From Candidatus Delongbacteria bacterium (GTDB lineage Bacteria; CAIWAD01), in contig OY760505.1 of the NCBI GenBank assembly GCA_963663545.1, positions 3,008,001 through 3,072,000 on the forward strand: a stretch of DNA of 64,000 bases, given 5' to 3'. Positions 1 through 11,500 of the stretch are shown piece after piece. The notes under the pieces are model-generated. The model did no database searches. It was given only the letters and a program-made list of their open reading frames with translations, and was not told the DNA's origin. Made by a program: the position numbers and the translations under genes. The first letter of the stretch is position 1. Each line of letters starts with the position of its first letter.

Positions 1-1
1 G

Positions 2-1594
2 CTGGCCTGGGATTCCATCGATCCGCAGCACATTGTTGAGCAAGCTTGGCTTACGCGACCCGCCGACCCGTGGGCGGGGGAAATACGAGAAGCCATTGCC
101 GATGGACTGGCACGCCTGCTTCTGCCTGCGCTCGGTCGCGACCTGCGCCGTGAACTTAGCGAGCGGGCCGAGGACCATTCGCTGGTGCTGTTTGCCACCA
201 ATCTGCGCCAGTTGCTTTTGCAGCCACCACTGAATGGCAAGCGCATTTTGGGAATCGATCCTGGCTACCGAACCGGCTGTAAAGTGGCTGCAATAGACGA
301 GCAAGGCCACTATCTAGAAGGCGGCACCATCTATCCGCATCCGCCTCAGAACAAGGCGATGGAAGCCAAACTGCTGCTGCTGGAGATGGTGCGCAAACAT
401 CGCGTGGATGTGGTCGCCATCGGCAATGGTACCGCTGGCCGTGAGACGGAAGAATTGGTCGCGGAGCTGATTGGCGAGAACCAGTTGGAGTTGCGCTTTA
501 CCGTAGTGGACGAGGCGGGAGCTAGCGTTTACAGTGCCTCCGAAGAAGCACGCGAGGAGTTCCCTGCGCTGGATGCAACACAGCGGGGAAACATTTCTAT
601 TGCACGCAGGCTGTTGGACCCACTGGCAGAGCTGGTCAAAATCGATCCGCGTAGCCTGGGTGTCGGTCAGTACCAGCACGATGTTGACGCCAAGCGGCTC
701 GGGGAGCGGCTGGAGCAGGTGGTGGAATCCTGCGTGAATCACGTGGGTGTGGATCTTAACACCGCTTCGGCCAGCTTGTTGCGCCGCGTTGCCGGTGTGA
801 CACGTCGTGTTGGAACTGCCATCGTTGAGCATCGCTCAGAGCACGGGCCCTTTACCAATCGGCGCCAATTGCTGCAGGTCCGCGGACTAGGCCCGGCCGC
901 ATTCCAGCAGTGCGCGGGCTTCTTGCGCATTCGCGAAGGCGAGCAGGCCCTGGACAATACAGCGGTGCATCCCGAGAGCTACTCCGCTGTTGAAGAGCTT
1001 GCGCGCAGTTTCGGTATGAATGAGCTGGAGCCATTGTCCCTGGCCGCCAGCATCGATCGCAGACTCCATGGCGAGAGCAATCTGGCGGAATTGGCGGCTT
1101 CAGTGGGATTGGGCGTACCCACATTGACAGACATTCTGGCGGAGCTGCGCAAGCCCGGTCGTGACCCACGCGAGGAACTTGACCCGCCGCCGATGCGTGG
1201 TGGTATCACGCGCCTGGAAGACTTGCATCCCGGCACAGTGCTTGACGGTGTTGTTCGCAACATCGTCGACTTTGGTGCCTTTGTGGATGTAGGCCTGAAG
1301 AACGATGGCCTGATTCATGTATCACAGATTTCACATCGTCGCATTAATCATCCCTCCGACGTGTTACAGGTCGGTCAGCGTCTGAAGGTATCGGTGCTGG
1401 AAGTGGATCACGCGCGCGGACGAATCAGCCTGTCGTTGAAAGCACTCGAGGAGCCGCCCGCACATCGACCGCGTTCAGGTGGACGCGAGCATCGGCCCGA
1501 GCGGCAGCGCGAGGATCGTCAGCGACAGGAACCACCAAGACCGGGCAGTATCGGAGCAATTCTGCAGGACAAAGCGCGGAGGCGAAACAAGTGA
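2..1594 (+). CDS. tex: Tex/YhgF transcriptional accessory protein (5' partial)
   Basis: Frame open from window start; YqgF-like GIDPGYRTGCK, AIGNGTAGRET, GVGQYQHDV, HhH and C-terminal S1 (VDFGAFVDVG) motifs. Confidence 0.95.
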   Translation: MAWDSIDPQHIVEQAWLTRPADPWAGEIREAIADGLARLLLPALGRDLRRELSERAEDHSLVLFATNLRQLLLQPPLNGKRILGIDPGYRTGCKVAAIDEQGHYLEGGTIYPHPPQNKAMEAKLLLLEMVRKHRVDVVAIGNGTAGRETEELVAELIGENQLELRFTVVDEAGASVYSASEEAREEFPALDATQRGNISIARRLLDPLAELVKIDPRSLGVGQYQHDVDAKRLGERLEQVVESCVNHVGVDLNTASASLLRRVAGVTRRVGTAIVEHRSEHGPFTNRRQLLQVRGLGPAAFQQCAGFLRIREGEQALDNTAVHPESYSAVEELARSFGMNELEPLSLAASIDRRLHGESNLAELAASVGLGVPTLTDILAELRKPGRDPREELDPPPMRGGITRLEDLHPGTVLDGVVRNIVDFGAFVDVGLKNDGLIHVSQISHRRINHPSDVLQVGQRLKVSVLEVDHARGRISLSLKALEEPPAHRPRSGGREHRPERQREDRQRQEPPRPGSIGAILQDKARRRNK

Positions 1595-2424
1595 GACGGC
1601 TGTGCTTTCTGTTTCCACTGCTGTTCTTGGCGGCGTGCACGCTGCATGAGAAGGATTGGTCCACTGAGCCGCTGCAGGATCTGCTACTCCACCAGCAGCA
1701 GAATTTCGCGGGCATCGAGCATATCGAGGTTTCCTGGCGCGCCACATTCGAGTCGGCGCGCATTGGCCGTGTCCCCTTTCGCCTTGACGTGGACTGGAAT
1801 CCGGAGAAAATGAAGCTGGAGTTGGCCACGCCGCTCGGTGGTCGTCTACTGAGTCTGGAGGGCGACCCCGCCTCGACGACACTATCAAGTGGTCGCAGCC
1901 TGCCGCGCCTGTTGCGCCGCGGCCTGGGCGCTCTTGATGAGAGCGGTTGGCAGGGCGAATTGCGCACGGGACTCGAGGGCCTGTTGAAGACAGAGGGCGA
2001 GCGACTGGGGGCCTTTCGTATCACATATGCTTCCGAAGAGGCTGCGCTTGTGTTACCACTTCTGGACGACAGTATCACGGGTTTGCTGGAAGATTGCACG
2101 CGCGCTACTGTTGCCCCTTGGCTCTGGGGTGAGCTGCTTCCCGGATCCGGTGCATTACCTTCCGATGCTGGTGAAGGCACGCTGTCGCTGTGTCACGCCG
2201 ATACTTGCTGGACCCTTGATTCGCGCAGCGGATTGTGGAACGGCATGCGACTACCCGGTATTGAACTCGAGCTACGTCAGTTCTCGCGTCAGGAAGGCAT
2301 CACATTGCCGAAAGTGATACGTTTGACCAGGCGTGAAAAGCAGCAGCGACTGATTCTGGAACGCCGTCGCTTGCATCTCAATCGACCCATAGCCAATGAA
2401 GCGGAGCCTGAAACGGATGAGTGA
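1591..2424 (+). CDS. Lipoprotein, possibly LolB/DUF4292-like
   Basis: Lipobox-like FLAAC signal; overlaps tex stop (GTGA); family call tentative. Confidence 0.6.
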   Translation: MRRLCFLFPLLFLAACTLHEKDWSTEPLQDLLLHQQQNFAGIEHIEVSWRATFESARIGRVPFRLDVDWNPEKMKLELATPLGGRLLSLEGDPASTTLSSGRSLPRLLRRGLGALDESGWQGELRTGLEGLLKTEGERLGAFRITYASEEAALVLPLLDDSITGLLEDCTRATVAPWLWGELLPGSGALPSDAGEGTLSLCHADTCWTLDSRSGLWNGMRLPGIELELRQFSRQEGITLPKVIRLTRREKQQRLILERRRLHLNRPIANEAEPETDE

Positions 2425-3358
2425 GCAGAAAGCGCGTACAATCAGTTTCGTGATTCCATTGCTCAATGAGGAGCAGAGTCTTGAGCTGCTGTATCAGGGT
2501 ATCAAACAGCAGTGTGATACGTCCGGGTTTGCCTACGAGATTCTCTTTGTTGATGACGGTTCAACCGATGGCAGCCTGAGTGTGATACGGGAGCTTTCCC
2601 GTCGTGATTCGCAAGTGCACTGCATCTCTTTCCGACGTAACTTCGGCAAGTCCGACGCGCTGGATGCGGGTTTTCACGCCGCTAGCGGAGAGTTGGTGTT
2701 TACCATGGATGCCGATCTGCAGGACGATCCCAAAGAGATTCCCCATTTCGTTGAGGCCATTGATCAAGGGAGCGATCTGGTTAGTGGTTGGAAGCGCGTA
2801 CGTCATGATCCCGTGCTGACCAAAAATCTACCCTCGCGCCTTTTCAACCGTGTTACAAGCATGGCCTCCGGTGTACGTTTACACGATTTTAACTGTGGCT
2901 TCAAGTGCTACCGTCGCGAAGTGACACGCTCATTGCATGTCTATGGAGAACTGCACCGCTTCCTGCCCGCCATTGCCCACATCAAGGGCTTTCGTGTTAC
3001 AGAGATCGCCGTCGAGCATCATGCCCGTCCTTATGGTCATTCCAAGTTTGGAGCCAGTCGATTTCTCAATGGCATGCTGGACCTGATGACCGTGGTCTTT
3101 ACAACGCGCTATTTGCGCAAACCGCTACACTTCTTTGGTCCCTGGGGTGTTCTCGCTCTCGTGCTTGGCGTTTTAATCAACGCCTGGCTCACGGTGGACA
3201 AACTGGTCTTTGGCCACGGCTTGAGTAATCGTCCACTGCTGATTCTGGGTGTTTTGCTGATGATCGTCGGCCTGCAGTTGATTTCGCTGGGCCTGCTAGG
3301 TGAGATGATTCAGCGAGCAGATACAAAGCCGCAGTACATGGTGCGCGAAGAATTCTAA
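2417..3358 (+). CDS. Glycosyltransferase family 2 (Dpm1/ArnC-like, two C-terminal TM helices)
   Basis: VDDGSTD, RNFGKS, MDADLQDDP, HDFNCGFK motifs; start placed at ATG 2417. Confidence 0.92.
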   Translation: MSEQKARTISFVIPLLNEEQSLELLYQGIKQQCDTSGFAYEILFVDDGSTDGSLSVIRELSRRDSQVHCISFRRNFGKSDALDAGFHAASGELVFTMDADLQDDPKEIPHFVEAIDQGSDLVSGWKRVRHDPVLTKNLPSRLFNRVTSMASGVRLHDFNCGFKCYRREVTRSLHVYGELHRFLPAIAHIKGFRVTEIAVEHHARPYGHSKFGASRFLNGMLDLMTVVFTTRYLRKPLHFFGPWGVLALVLGVLINAWLTVDKLVFGHGLSNRPLLILGVLLMIVGLQLISLGLLGEMIQRADTKPQYMVREEF

Positions 3359-3384
3359 CAGGTATCGAATCTGACTTCAGAAGC

Positions 3385-3410
3385 AACCCCTGTCTGTGCA
3401 GGGGTTTTCT
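3385..3410 (+). terminator. Probable intrinsic terminator after the GT2 gene
   Basis: Stem aacccctg/caggggtt followed by T-rich tail. Confidence 0.6.
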
Positions 3411-3447
3411 GGTTCTGAAACATGCAAAGGGTCGTACACGCAGGCCC

Positions 3448-3624
3448 GAAAATACTGAACCCCGACCTGGCGATCGGGGTTCGGACGTGAATCTAGACGG
3501 GAAGAATAAGGAGAGGTATCCTGAAACTGCTTAGCTTCATTCTCTGGTCTGGTCAAGTAAGGGACCGGCCGAGGTCAGGAGTCGATGATCCATCGGCCGG
3601 TGCCCTTCCATGAACCTGAACCTG
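3448..3624 (-). ncRNA. Candidate sigma54-dependent small RNA
   Basis: Lies between a sigma54 consensus promoter and a terminator-like hairpin (3457-3482); long 5' hairpin 3546-3622; CU-rich single-stranded segment. Confidence 0.55.
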
Positions 3625-3634
3625 CCCTCTATTA

Positions 3635-3650
3635 AGCAAGTCTAGTGCCA
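3635..3650 (-). promoter_or_regulatory. sigma54 (-24/-12) promoter
   Basis: Minus strand TGGCAC-tagac-TTGCT matches TGGCAC-N5-TTGCW exactly. Confidence 0.7.
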
Positions 3651-3894
3651 AAAGGTCAAGCCCTGTAAAAACAAAAGTTGCTATTTGGGCCGTGTATGAT
3701 TTGCTTAATTCATGGCAGAGCTTGTTAGAAAGGGTAAACGTCCGGAAGAAGAGCTGTACGTCAAAACTGACAACCCGCAAGATGAAACCCGTAGCTTTAT
3801 CCTCCGTCAGTGGCGGCTTGTTTTTCCGGCTTCTTGTGAGCCACGGGTACTCTTGAATCTTCTGCCAATCGGCTGATCATTTCCTGGAGAAGTC

Positions 3895-4983
3895 ATGAAG
3901 TTTCGATCCCTGCTGGGCTGTAGCCTGCTTGTGTTGTTGATCGGGTGTCAAGTAAATGTGAAGAACGGAAACACGCAGGCTGAGGCGGACAGCACTGGTC
4001 AACAGGCCGTACCCGTGGCCGGTGAGCAGGTAGCACGCGGCGATATCAGCTCCTACCTACATCTTAACGGTGTGCTGGCGACCGAAGAGGCGACCCGTGT
4101 TTTTCCGCTTGTCAGCGGTCACGTGGCGCGCTTGCTGGTGGAAGAAGGCGATCATGTTCAGCAGGGTGATACACTGTTGGTGCTCGAGGACGCAGAGCTT
4201 CAGCTTACCGAGCGACGTGCGCGTTTGGATTACGACAAGGCTCAGGCCGACTGCACACGACTCGAAGAGTTGAGTGAGCGTGTACCTGTAGCGCGTCAGG
4301 ATCTGGATGACGCGCGCTATGCCAGCGAACAGGCGCGTCTGAATTGGGAAAGCGCTGCTTTGCAAGTTCGCCGCAGCCGTGTCACAGCGCCCATACGCGG
4401 AGTTATCGCAGAGCGGCTGGTGCGCACCGGCGATTTTGTAACGGGTAACACGCATCTCTTTTCCCTGGTCGATGACCGCGAATTGATTTCCGTGCTGGAT
4501 GTACCTGAGCGCGAGTTGAGCCGTTTGCGTATTGGCCAGGCCGTTGAGATCAGCGCGCTGGCAGACAAGGAGTCTCACCGTGGACGCATTCGCCGCATTG
4601 CTCCCGTAGTGGATTCTGCCAGTGGTACGGTGCGTGTTACAGTGGCATTGGAGGGACAGAATCCGGACTTGCGTGCAGGTATGTATGCGCGTTTTGCCAT
4701 TGTCACAGCGACTCATGAAAACGCACTGCTAGTGCCCAAACGTGCGCTGGTTTACGATCGCGAGCGCGCGTTGGTATTCGTTGCTGCCGATACCAGCGCA
4801 TCGCGCCGCTTACTAGAGCGGGGCTTCGAGACTGAGGATTATGTCGAAGCTCTGGGCGGAGTGAGCGAGCAGGAGACCTTGGTCGTCGTTGGGCAAAGTG
4901 GCCTCAAGGACGGCGCCCCGATCAAGCTTGTGGAACTGAACGGTATCACGCTCAACACCGGTGACAAGTTGGCAGGCAACTAA
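3895..4983 (+). CDS. RND efflux periplasmic adaptor (MFP), lipoprotein
   Basis: Lipobox LIGC; lipoyl-like VEEGDHV/APIRGVI; precedes RND genes. Confidence 0.93.
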   Translation: MKFRSLLGCSLLVLLIGCQVNVKNGNTQAEADSTGQQAVPVAGEQVARGDISSYLHLNGVLATEEATRVFPLVSGHVARLLVEEGDHVQQGDTLLVLEDAELQLTERRARLDYDKAQADCTRLEELSERVPVARQDLDDARYASEQARLNWESAALQVRRSRVTAPIRGVIAERLVRTGDFVTGNTHLFSLVDDRELISVLDVPERELSRLRIGQAVEISALADKESHRGRIRRIAPVVDSASGTVRVTVALEGQNPDLRAGMYARFAIVTATHENALLVPKRALVYDRERALVFVAADTSASRRLLERGFETEDYVEALGGVSEQETLVVVGQSGLKDGAPIKLVELNGITLNTGDKLAGN

Positions 4984-5011
4984 CCACTGAATTTCCCCAT
5001 TCGAGGATAGC

Positions 5012-8000
5012 ATGAGTCACACGGGACAGTCTCCCCGGGAGCAACACCCCTTTTACGCATTTGTGACCACCAGACCTGTGGCGATGACCATGCTGGTGCT
5101 GGCGGTACTTGTCTTTGGCTGGATTTCGCTGAATCGCCTACCGCTTACTTTGATGCCGGATATCTCTTACCCGAGCGTAACCCTGCGTACTACATATGAA
5201 GGCGCAGCGCCGGAAGAAGTGGAACAATTTGTATCACGGCCCATCGAACAAGCCATGGGCGTGGTTGCGGGCAAGGTGTCCATCACCAGCATGTCACGAG
5301 CCGGGCAGAGCGACGTAGTAGTGGAGTTTGCCTGGGATTCCAACATGGATCTGGCCATCCAGGACATCCGCGAAAAGCTGGACATGGTCTGGCTGCCCGA
5401 CGATGTGGATCGCCCGTTAATTCTACGCTACGATCCTGGGTTGGACCCCGTGATGCGTTTCGGCATTGCTTCGCCCTTGCTGGATGAAGAAAGACTGAGT
5501 CCGGCTGACTTTGACCGACAGGCGCGCCAGCTTAGACTGCTGGTGGAAGAGCTGGTCAAGCCTGAGCTGGAGAAGCTTCCGGGCGTGGCTGCAGTGAAAT
5601 TGCGCGGTGGCTGGGAAGAGGAAATTCGCGTCGAGCTTTCCGAGGCGGAACTGGCCTTGCGCGGCTTGAGCATTCAAAGTATCACGCGGCAGCTGGCGGC
5701 AGAAAACGTGAATGTCGCAGGTGGTGATCTTAAGGAAGGACGCACCGAGTATCAGGTGCGTGTACTTTCCGAGTACGCCAACCTAGACGAAATCATGGCT
5801 ACGAGGCTTCGCACTTCAGATGGACGCTGGATTCGTCTGGGCGATGTAGCACACGTATCACGTGAAAGCCAGGACGCTCTTGAGTTGACGCGCGTGAATG
5901 GACGCCCTGCCGTCGAAATTGAGATTCACCGTGAGGCTGATGCCAATGTGGTGCAAGTAGCCGATGTGTTACGTCGTCGAGTGTTCGGGCCCTCTGGGCA
6001 GCCCATGCCTTTGACGCAGGTCGTTGCGGATACCAGTGCAGCAGCCGCGAAGAAGGCCAAGGCCGGAGACGATGGTGACCGACCCTGGTGGCTGGCCGGG
6101 CAGCTTGCACCCGAAGGCCTGCAGTTCTATTTGCTGGCTGACCAAAGTCGATTCATAGAGAACAGTCTAGGCGAACTACGAGATTCGGCCCTCTGGGGCG
6201 GACTCTTTGCCATTGTTGTGCTCTTCGTTTTTCTGCGCAGCCTTGGCAGTACGCTGATTGTCGCGCTGGCAATTCCGCTCTCAGTGATTGCCGCTTTCGG
6301 ACCGATGCAGATTGCGGGTCTGAGTTTGAACATCATGTCGCTGGGCGGCTTGGCGCTGGGCATCGGCATGCTGGTGGACAACGCCATTGTAGTGCTGGAA
6401 AGCATCGCTCGTTGCCGTGAAGAAGGTGACGACCCGGTTGATGCGGCCATTCGCGGGTCCGGCGAAGTGGGCCAGGCTATCTTTGCTGCCACCTTGACGA
6501 CGGTGGCCGTGTTTGCACCAATGGTTTTCGTGGAAGGTGTAGCTGGACAGATCTTCGGCGACATGGCGCAGGTGGTCGTCTACTCGCTCTGTGCTTCGCT
6601 GGTGCTGGCCATGACTTTCATTCCCATGTTGGCAGCACTCAGGGGCAATCGTCTGTCACACAGTGATACACGAGTCTTTTCATTGCGTAAAACAGTCTTC
6701 AGCATACCCTGGTGCTGGACGCGTTGCCGCAGTGGGCTCATCACTGTGACACATTGGTGGCGTGCAGGCCAGCGCATTTTGCGTGTGATACCTGCTGTTA
6801 TTGCCTGGGCCTACGTCGTGATCACTTGTTTGTTGATGGCTTACGTGGAACTGATACTACGTGTACTGGGCCTGTTTGCCTGGCTATTGACCACCTTGTT
6901 TTCCTGGCCGGTCAAGAAGGTTGCAGGTCTATTGGCGCGCATTCGACGCAAGCGTAGCGGTCCCGGGCATAGCTCCTTTTCGGCTGCCTACGAAGGCGCT
7001 TTGCGCAAGGCTTTGCGTCATCGGGGACAAGTGCTGATGGCAGCTTTCATTCCGTTGGTACTCGTTTTCTGGTTTGTCACACCGCGCATTGGCCGCGAGC
7101 TGATGCCCGTGATGCATCAGGGTGAGTTTCACATTGATTTGCGTTTGCCACTTGGAACTCCGCTTGTGCAGACAGCGAATGCTGTTCAACCCGTGGAGCG
7201 TTTTCTACGTGAGCAACCGGAAGTAAGCAGCCTGGCGCTGGTGGCCGGCAGCGACCAGTTTGGCGGACTGGATGAAGAGCAGGGAGAGCATGTAGCACGA
7301 CTTACCGTGCGCTTGAAGGACAGCCGTGATCCACTGGCGATGGAGCAACGTTTGCTGGAGCGTCTGCGCCCGCTCTTGACCTCCCTGCCCGAAGTGGAAA
7401 GCCGCGTCAGTTATCCAGTGCTCTTTAGCTTCCGCACCCCTATTGAAGTGCTAGTCCTGGGCGACAACCTCGAGCAACTCAAAATTGCCGGTGAGCGTGT
7501 GATGCAGCGGATGGAAGCCATTCCGCAACTCACTGACCTTGCAGGCGGATATCGCGAAGGTAGTCCTGAGTTACGCGTGCAATTTGATCGTGATGCACTG
7601 GGACGTCTTGGTCTTGATCTGCAATCGACCGCCGAGCTCTTGCGCAACAAACTGTTGGGAGATGTGGAGACCGAGTTCCGTGATACGGATCGTCGCGTCG
7701 ATATCCGCGTGCGTTTGCAGCGTTCCGATCTGGAAGGTGTGGATGCCGTTCGCAACCTGGTGATAAATCCAGGACAGCAGGTCCCCATACCTCTGTCGGC
7801 TGTAGCCGATGTGCAACTCGCCGAAGGGCCGGGCGAGGTACGTCGCGTCGACCAGCAACGCTGTGTTGTGATACGCGCCAACCTTAGCGGAGCCGATTTG
7901 GGTGGTGCTCTTGAGTCTATCCAGCAGCAACTTGGAAGCCTAGTGTTGCCGCGTGGTGTGACCTGGGATGTTGTCGGTCAAAGCCGCGAAATGCAGAATT

Positions 8001-8533
8001 CACTTAGCAGTCTGATGCGTGCGCTGCTGTTGGCAGTTTTCCTCGTCTATGTTGTCATGGCCAGCCAGTTCGAGAGCCTTTTGCATCCGCTGGTCATTCT
8101 GGCTTCCATTCCCTTGGCTTTTCTTGGTGTGATACCGACGCTCTGGCTCAGTGGCACCGCGCTTTCGGTGGTTGTACTGCTGGGCGCGATCATGCTGGTG
8201 GGTATTGTAGTCAATAACGCCATCATCCTGGTGGATACCATTAACCTGCATCGACGCCGCGGTCTTTCGCTCGAGGAAGCCATTCCGCACGCCGCGCGTG
8301 TTCGCCTTCGTCCCATTCTGATGACGACGACGACAACGGTGCTTGGCCTGCTGCCCTTGTTGCTGGGCATGGGCGAGGGGGCCGAGATGCGCCAGCCGAT
8401 GGCGTTGACGGTTATCGTTGGCTTGCTCACCAGCACGCTGCTAACCCTCTTTGTCATTCCATCCTTGTATCACGTCGTTGAAAGCCTGCGTGCACGTGTG
8501 ACACACTCCACTACGGGAGGTCAGGCCGGATGA
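5012..8533 (+). CDS. RND efflux permease (AcrB/AcrD/AcrF family), subunit 1
   Basis: GMLVDNAIVVLE, GIVVNNAIILVD, RLRPILMT motifs. Confidence 0.95.
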   Translation: MSHTGQSPREQHPFYAFVTTRPVAMTMLVLAVLVFGWISLNRLPLTLMPDISYPSVTLRTTYEGAAPEEVEQFVSRPIEQAMGVVAGKVSITSMSRAGQSDVVVEFAWDSNMDLAIQDIREKLDMVWLPDDVDRPLILRYDPGLDPVMRFGIASPLLDEERLSPADFDRQARQLRLLVEELVKPELEKLPGVAAVKLRGGWEEEIRVELSEAELALRGLSIQSITRQLAAENVNVAGGDLKEGRTEYQVRVLSEYANLDEIMATRLRTSDGRWIRLGDVAHVSRESQDALELTRVNGRPAVEIEIHREADANVVQVADVLRRRVFGPSGQPMPLTQVVADTSAAAAKKAKAGDDGDRPWWLAGQLAPEGLQFYLLADQSRFIENSLGELRDSALWGGLFAIVVLFVFLRSLGSTLIVALAIPLSVIAAFGPMQIAGLSLNIMSLGGLALGIGMLVDNAIVVLESIARCREEGDDPVDAAIRGSGEVGQAIFAATLTTVAVFAPMVFVEGVAGQIFGDMAQVVVYSLCASLVLAMTFIPMLAALRGNRLSHSDTRVFSLRKTVFSIPWCWTRCRSGLITVTHWWRAGQRILRVIPAVIAWAYVVITCLLMAYVELILRVLGLFAWLLTTLFSWPVKKVAGLLARIRRKRSGPGHSSFSAAYEGALRKALRHRGQVLMAAFIPLVLVFWFVTPRIGRELMPVMHQGEFHIDLRLPLGTPLVQTANAVQPVERFLREQPEVSSLALVAGSDQFGGLDEEQGEHVARLTVRLKDSRDPLAMEQRLLERLRPLLTSLPEVESRVSYPVLFSFRTPIEVLVLGDNLEQLKIAGERVMQRMEAIPQLTDLAGGYREGSPELRVQFDRDALGRLGLDLQSTAELLRNKLLGDVETEFRDTDRRVDIRVRLQRSDLEGVDAVRNLVINPGQQVPIPLSAVADVQLAEGPGEVRRVDQQRCVVIRANLSGADLGGALESIQQQLGSLVLPRGVTWDVVGQSREMQNSLSSLMRALLLAVFLVYVVMASQFESLLHPLVILASIPLAFLGVIPTLWLSGTALSVVVLLGAIMLVGIVVNNAIILVDTINLHRRRGLSLEEAIPHAARVRLRPILMTTTTTVLGLLPLLLGMGEGAEMRQPMALTVIVGLLTSTLLTLFVIPSLYHVVESLRARVTHSTTGGQAG

Positions 8534-11500
8534 AGCTCGACCGCCTGCTTCCTGAATTCTCCATGCGGCGTCCCGTAACCATTCTGATGGTGTTTGCCGC
8601 GCTGATTCTCACCGGTATCATTGCCATGAAGCGCTTGCCGCTGGAGATGATGCCAGCCGGATTCAGCAATCCCTACCTCGGCTTCTGGGTGCCCTACCGT
8701 GATTCCGCACCTTTTGAAGTGGAGCAGGAGATCGCTCATCCTTTTGAAGAAAACCTGCGCTCGATTCATGGCCTGCGTCGTGTCGAAACCAACAGCCATC
8801 GCAACGGCTGCTGGGTCTGGATGGAGTTCCGTGACGGTACCGACATGGATCAAGCCTGGAGCACCACGCGTGATCGCATTGATCGGACTCTGGCAGAGCT
8901 CAGCGTGGATATCGACCGCGTTCAGCTGCGTCGCATGGGGATGGAAGACGACGAGATTTTCTTCATGGGAATCTCGTCGGACATGGCCTTGGCGGATGCG
9001 CGGCAGCTTGTTGAAGACGAATTGTTGGAGCGCATCGAGCGTCTGGACGGGGTAGCACGCGTCGATATGTGGGGCGCGGGGGGCATTGATGTCCTCATCG
9101 ATCTGGATCTGGAGGCGATGGGCCGCCACAGCGTCAGCTCCTGGGATGTAGTACGAACCCTGTCGCAAGACAATTTCGCCCTGTCCTGCGGTACCATTGA
9201 CGAAAGTACGCATCGACTGAGCGTGCGCGTTGACAATCGCTGGAACACGGTAGACGAGCTTCGTGCTGTACCCATTCAATGTGGCGGTGATACACCCATC
9301 ACTTTGCGTCTGGACGATGTAGCCGATGTGCATCTCGGTACGCCGGAGCGCTTTTGGACACAGCGTATCGACGAAAGTCCGGCACTACTCCTGGATGTGA
9401 TACGCGAGAGTAGCGGTAACACAGAGGAAATTTGTCGCGAGATTAATGCGCTCGTCGAAGAGGCAAAAACGCGACCTGGCATGGAACACATGCAAATGAG
9501 CACCCTCTTCAGTCAGGGTGAGATCATTCGCGAATCCATGAATAACCTGCTATCAAGTGCGATGTGGGGCGGCTTCTTTGCGCTGTTGGTGCTCTTCTAC
9601 TTCTTGCGGCGCTGGCGTGCTACACTGGTGGTGACAGCGGCTATTCCTTTCTGCATTCTGGTAGCGCTGATCGCCATCTATTTCCTGGGCTGGTCGCTGA
9701 ATCTGATTACAATGATGGGGCTGATGATCTCTGTTGGCATGGTGGTGGACAACGCCATCGTAGTGATGGAGAGCATCAGTATTGCGCCCCAAAACTGCAG
9801 CCGCCGAGAAGCATGTATCACAGGAACAGCCGAAGTCAGTTTGGCGGTGACGGTGGCCACGCTGACCAGTATCGTCGTTTTTCTGCCTTTGATGCTGATG
9901 AGCGGTGACAGCAACCTTTCCTTCTTTCTTGTTCGCATCGGTATGCCGGTTGTAGTCAGCTTGCTGGCTTCGCTGGGAGTGGCATTACTATTTATTCCCC
10001 AACTCAGCGCGCGTCTTCATGTACAACAACTGGATCGCGAACCGCGTCTTGTAGCACGTGCGCGACGTATCACGGAGCGAGCTTTGAATTGGGCTTTGCA
10101 TCACCGCTTTGATGCAACACTCATCGCGCTTGCGTTGCTTATGTCCATGGGCGTACCCATGTCAAAGGTGCAGAAGACGGGCGAAGGGCAGGGGCACATC
10201 AATGACTTCCATATCATCGTGGATATGCCAGCCAGCTATGTGGCTGATGATTCCCGGCGCGTCGTGGAGCAGATCGAAGATCTGGTGTACGCACGTGCGG
10301 AGGAGTACGATCTAAAAACCGTGACCGCGCGTTATGCGGCACATCAGGCGCACATTCACGTCTGGCTGAAGACAGACGCTCGAGAGTCGTGGTATGCTTA
10401 CGCGCTACGAAATGTGCTGGAGAAGACCGGTCTGAAGAAGCATCGGCGCATGAGCCGCGACGAAGTGCTGGAAGACGTCAAGGAGAAGATGCCCGAGATT
10501 CCCGGCGTAGCCGTGCGCTGGAGCTATCGAGACTCCGGTGGCGGCGATGCCACCAACGTATTGCTGATCGGACCGGACACGGATCACCTGAAAACTCTGG
10601 CAGACGAAGTACAGAGGCGTCTGCGCGAGATGGACGAAGTGGTTGACACCGAGCTCAACGTTGAGCAGGGCGAAGAGGAGTTGCAGCTCCATCTGGATCG
10701 TGACGCTCTGGATCGCACCGGAGTCAGCGCACGCAATCTGGCGGGCATGATTCGTTACAGTCTGGCGGGAGAGCGCATCAGCTATCTGAAGCAGGGCGAG
10801 AGTGATCTGGATATCCTTGTGCGACTGGCGGAAGAGGACCGCGACCAGCTGCACAAACTGGGGCAGCTGCAGATGAGTTTGCCTGAGGGCGGAACCGTGC
10901 CCATTTCCGAGTTGATGACGCCAGTGCACGAACGCGCGCTGGGGAGTATCACGCGCACGCAAGGACGCACCTTCATGCGTATTCGTGTGTACAGCTCCAA
11001 CAAGGATCTGAGCGGGTTCAACGATCGCATCAGCAAAGCGCTGCAGGGGTTTGAAATGCCCGCTGGCTACGCATGGGGCTTCGGCTACGGTTTCGATCGT
11101 TTTCAGGAGCAAGAAAAGAGTCGCAACCACGCCACCTGGCTGGCCATCTGTTTTGTCTTTCTATTGATGGGCATGCTCTTCGAATCCTTCCTTTTACCGC
11201 TGTGCATTTTAGCGTCCATTCCCTTCGCCTTTTTCGGCGCCTGGTGGACCTTATTCCTGACTAAAACTCCCTTCGATATTATGGCGGGCATCGGCCTGAT
11301 CATTCTGGTGGGCGTTGTGGTGAACAATGCCATTGTGCTGGTGGATTGCGTGCAACACTTGCGCGCCGAGGGAGTTGATCGCGAAGAGGCGCTGCGTGAG
11401 GCTGTATCACGCCGTTTCCGCCCGGTGATGATGACTGCGGCGACTACGATCTGCGGACTGATTCCCATGGCGATCGGCAATGCTGCCTTGATCGGTATGC

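Noticed and set aside
3448..3624. SRP (4.5S) or 6S RNA
   Set aside because: Lacks the SRP helix-8 GNRA/AGCAG signature and the single closed rod with central bubble of 6S.
5855..5868. parS site (GTATCACGTGAAAG)
   Set aside because: Two mismatches to the core, single copy, and explained by the abundant GTATCAC heptamer.
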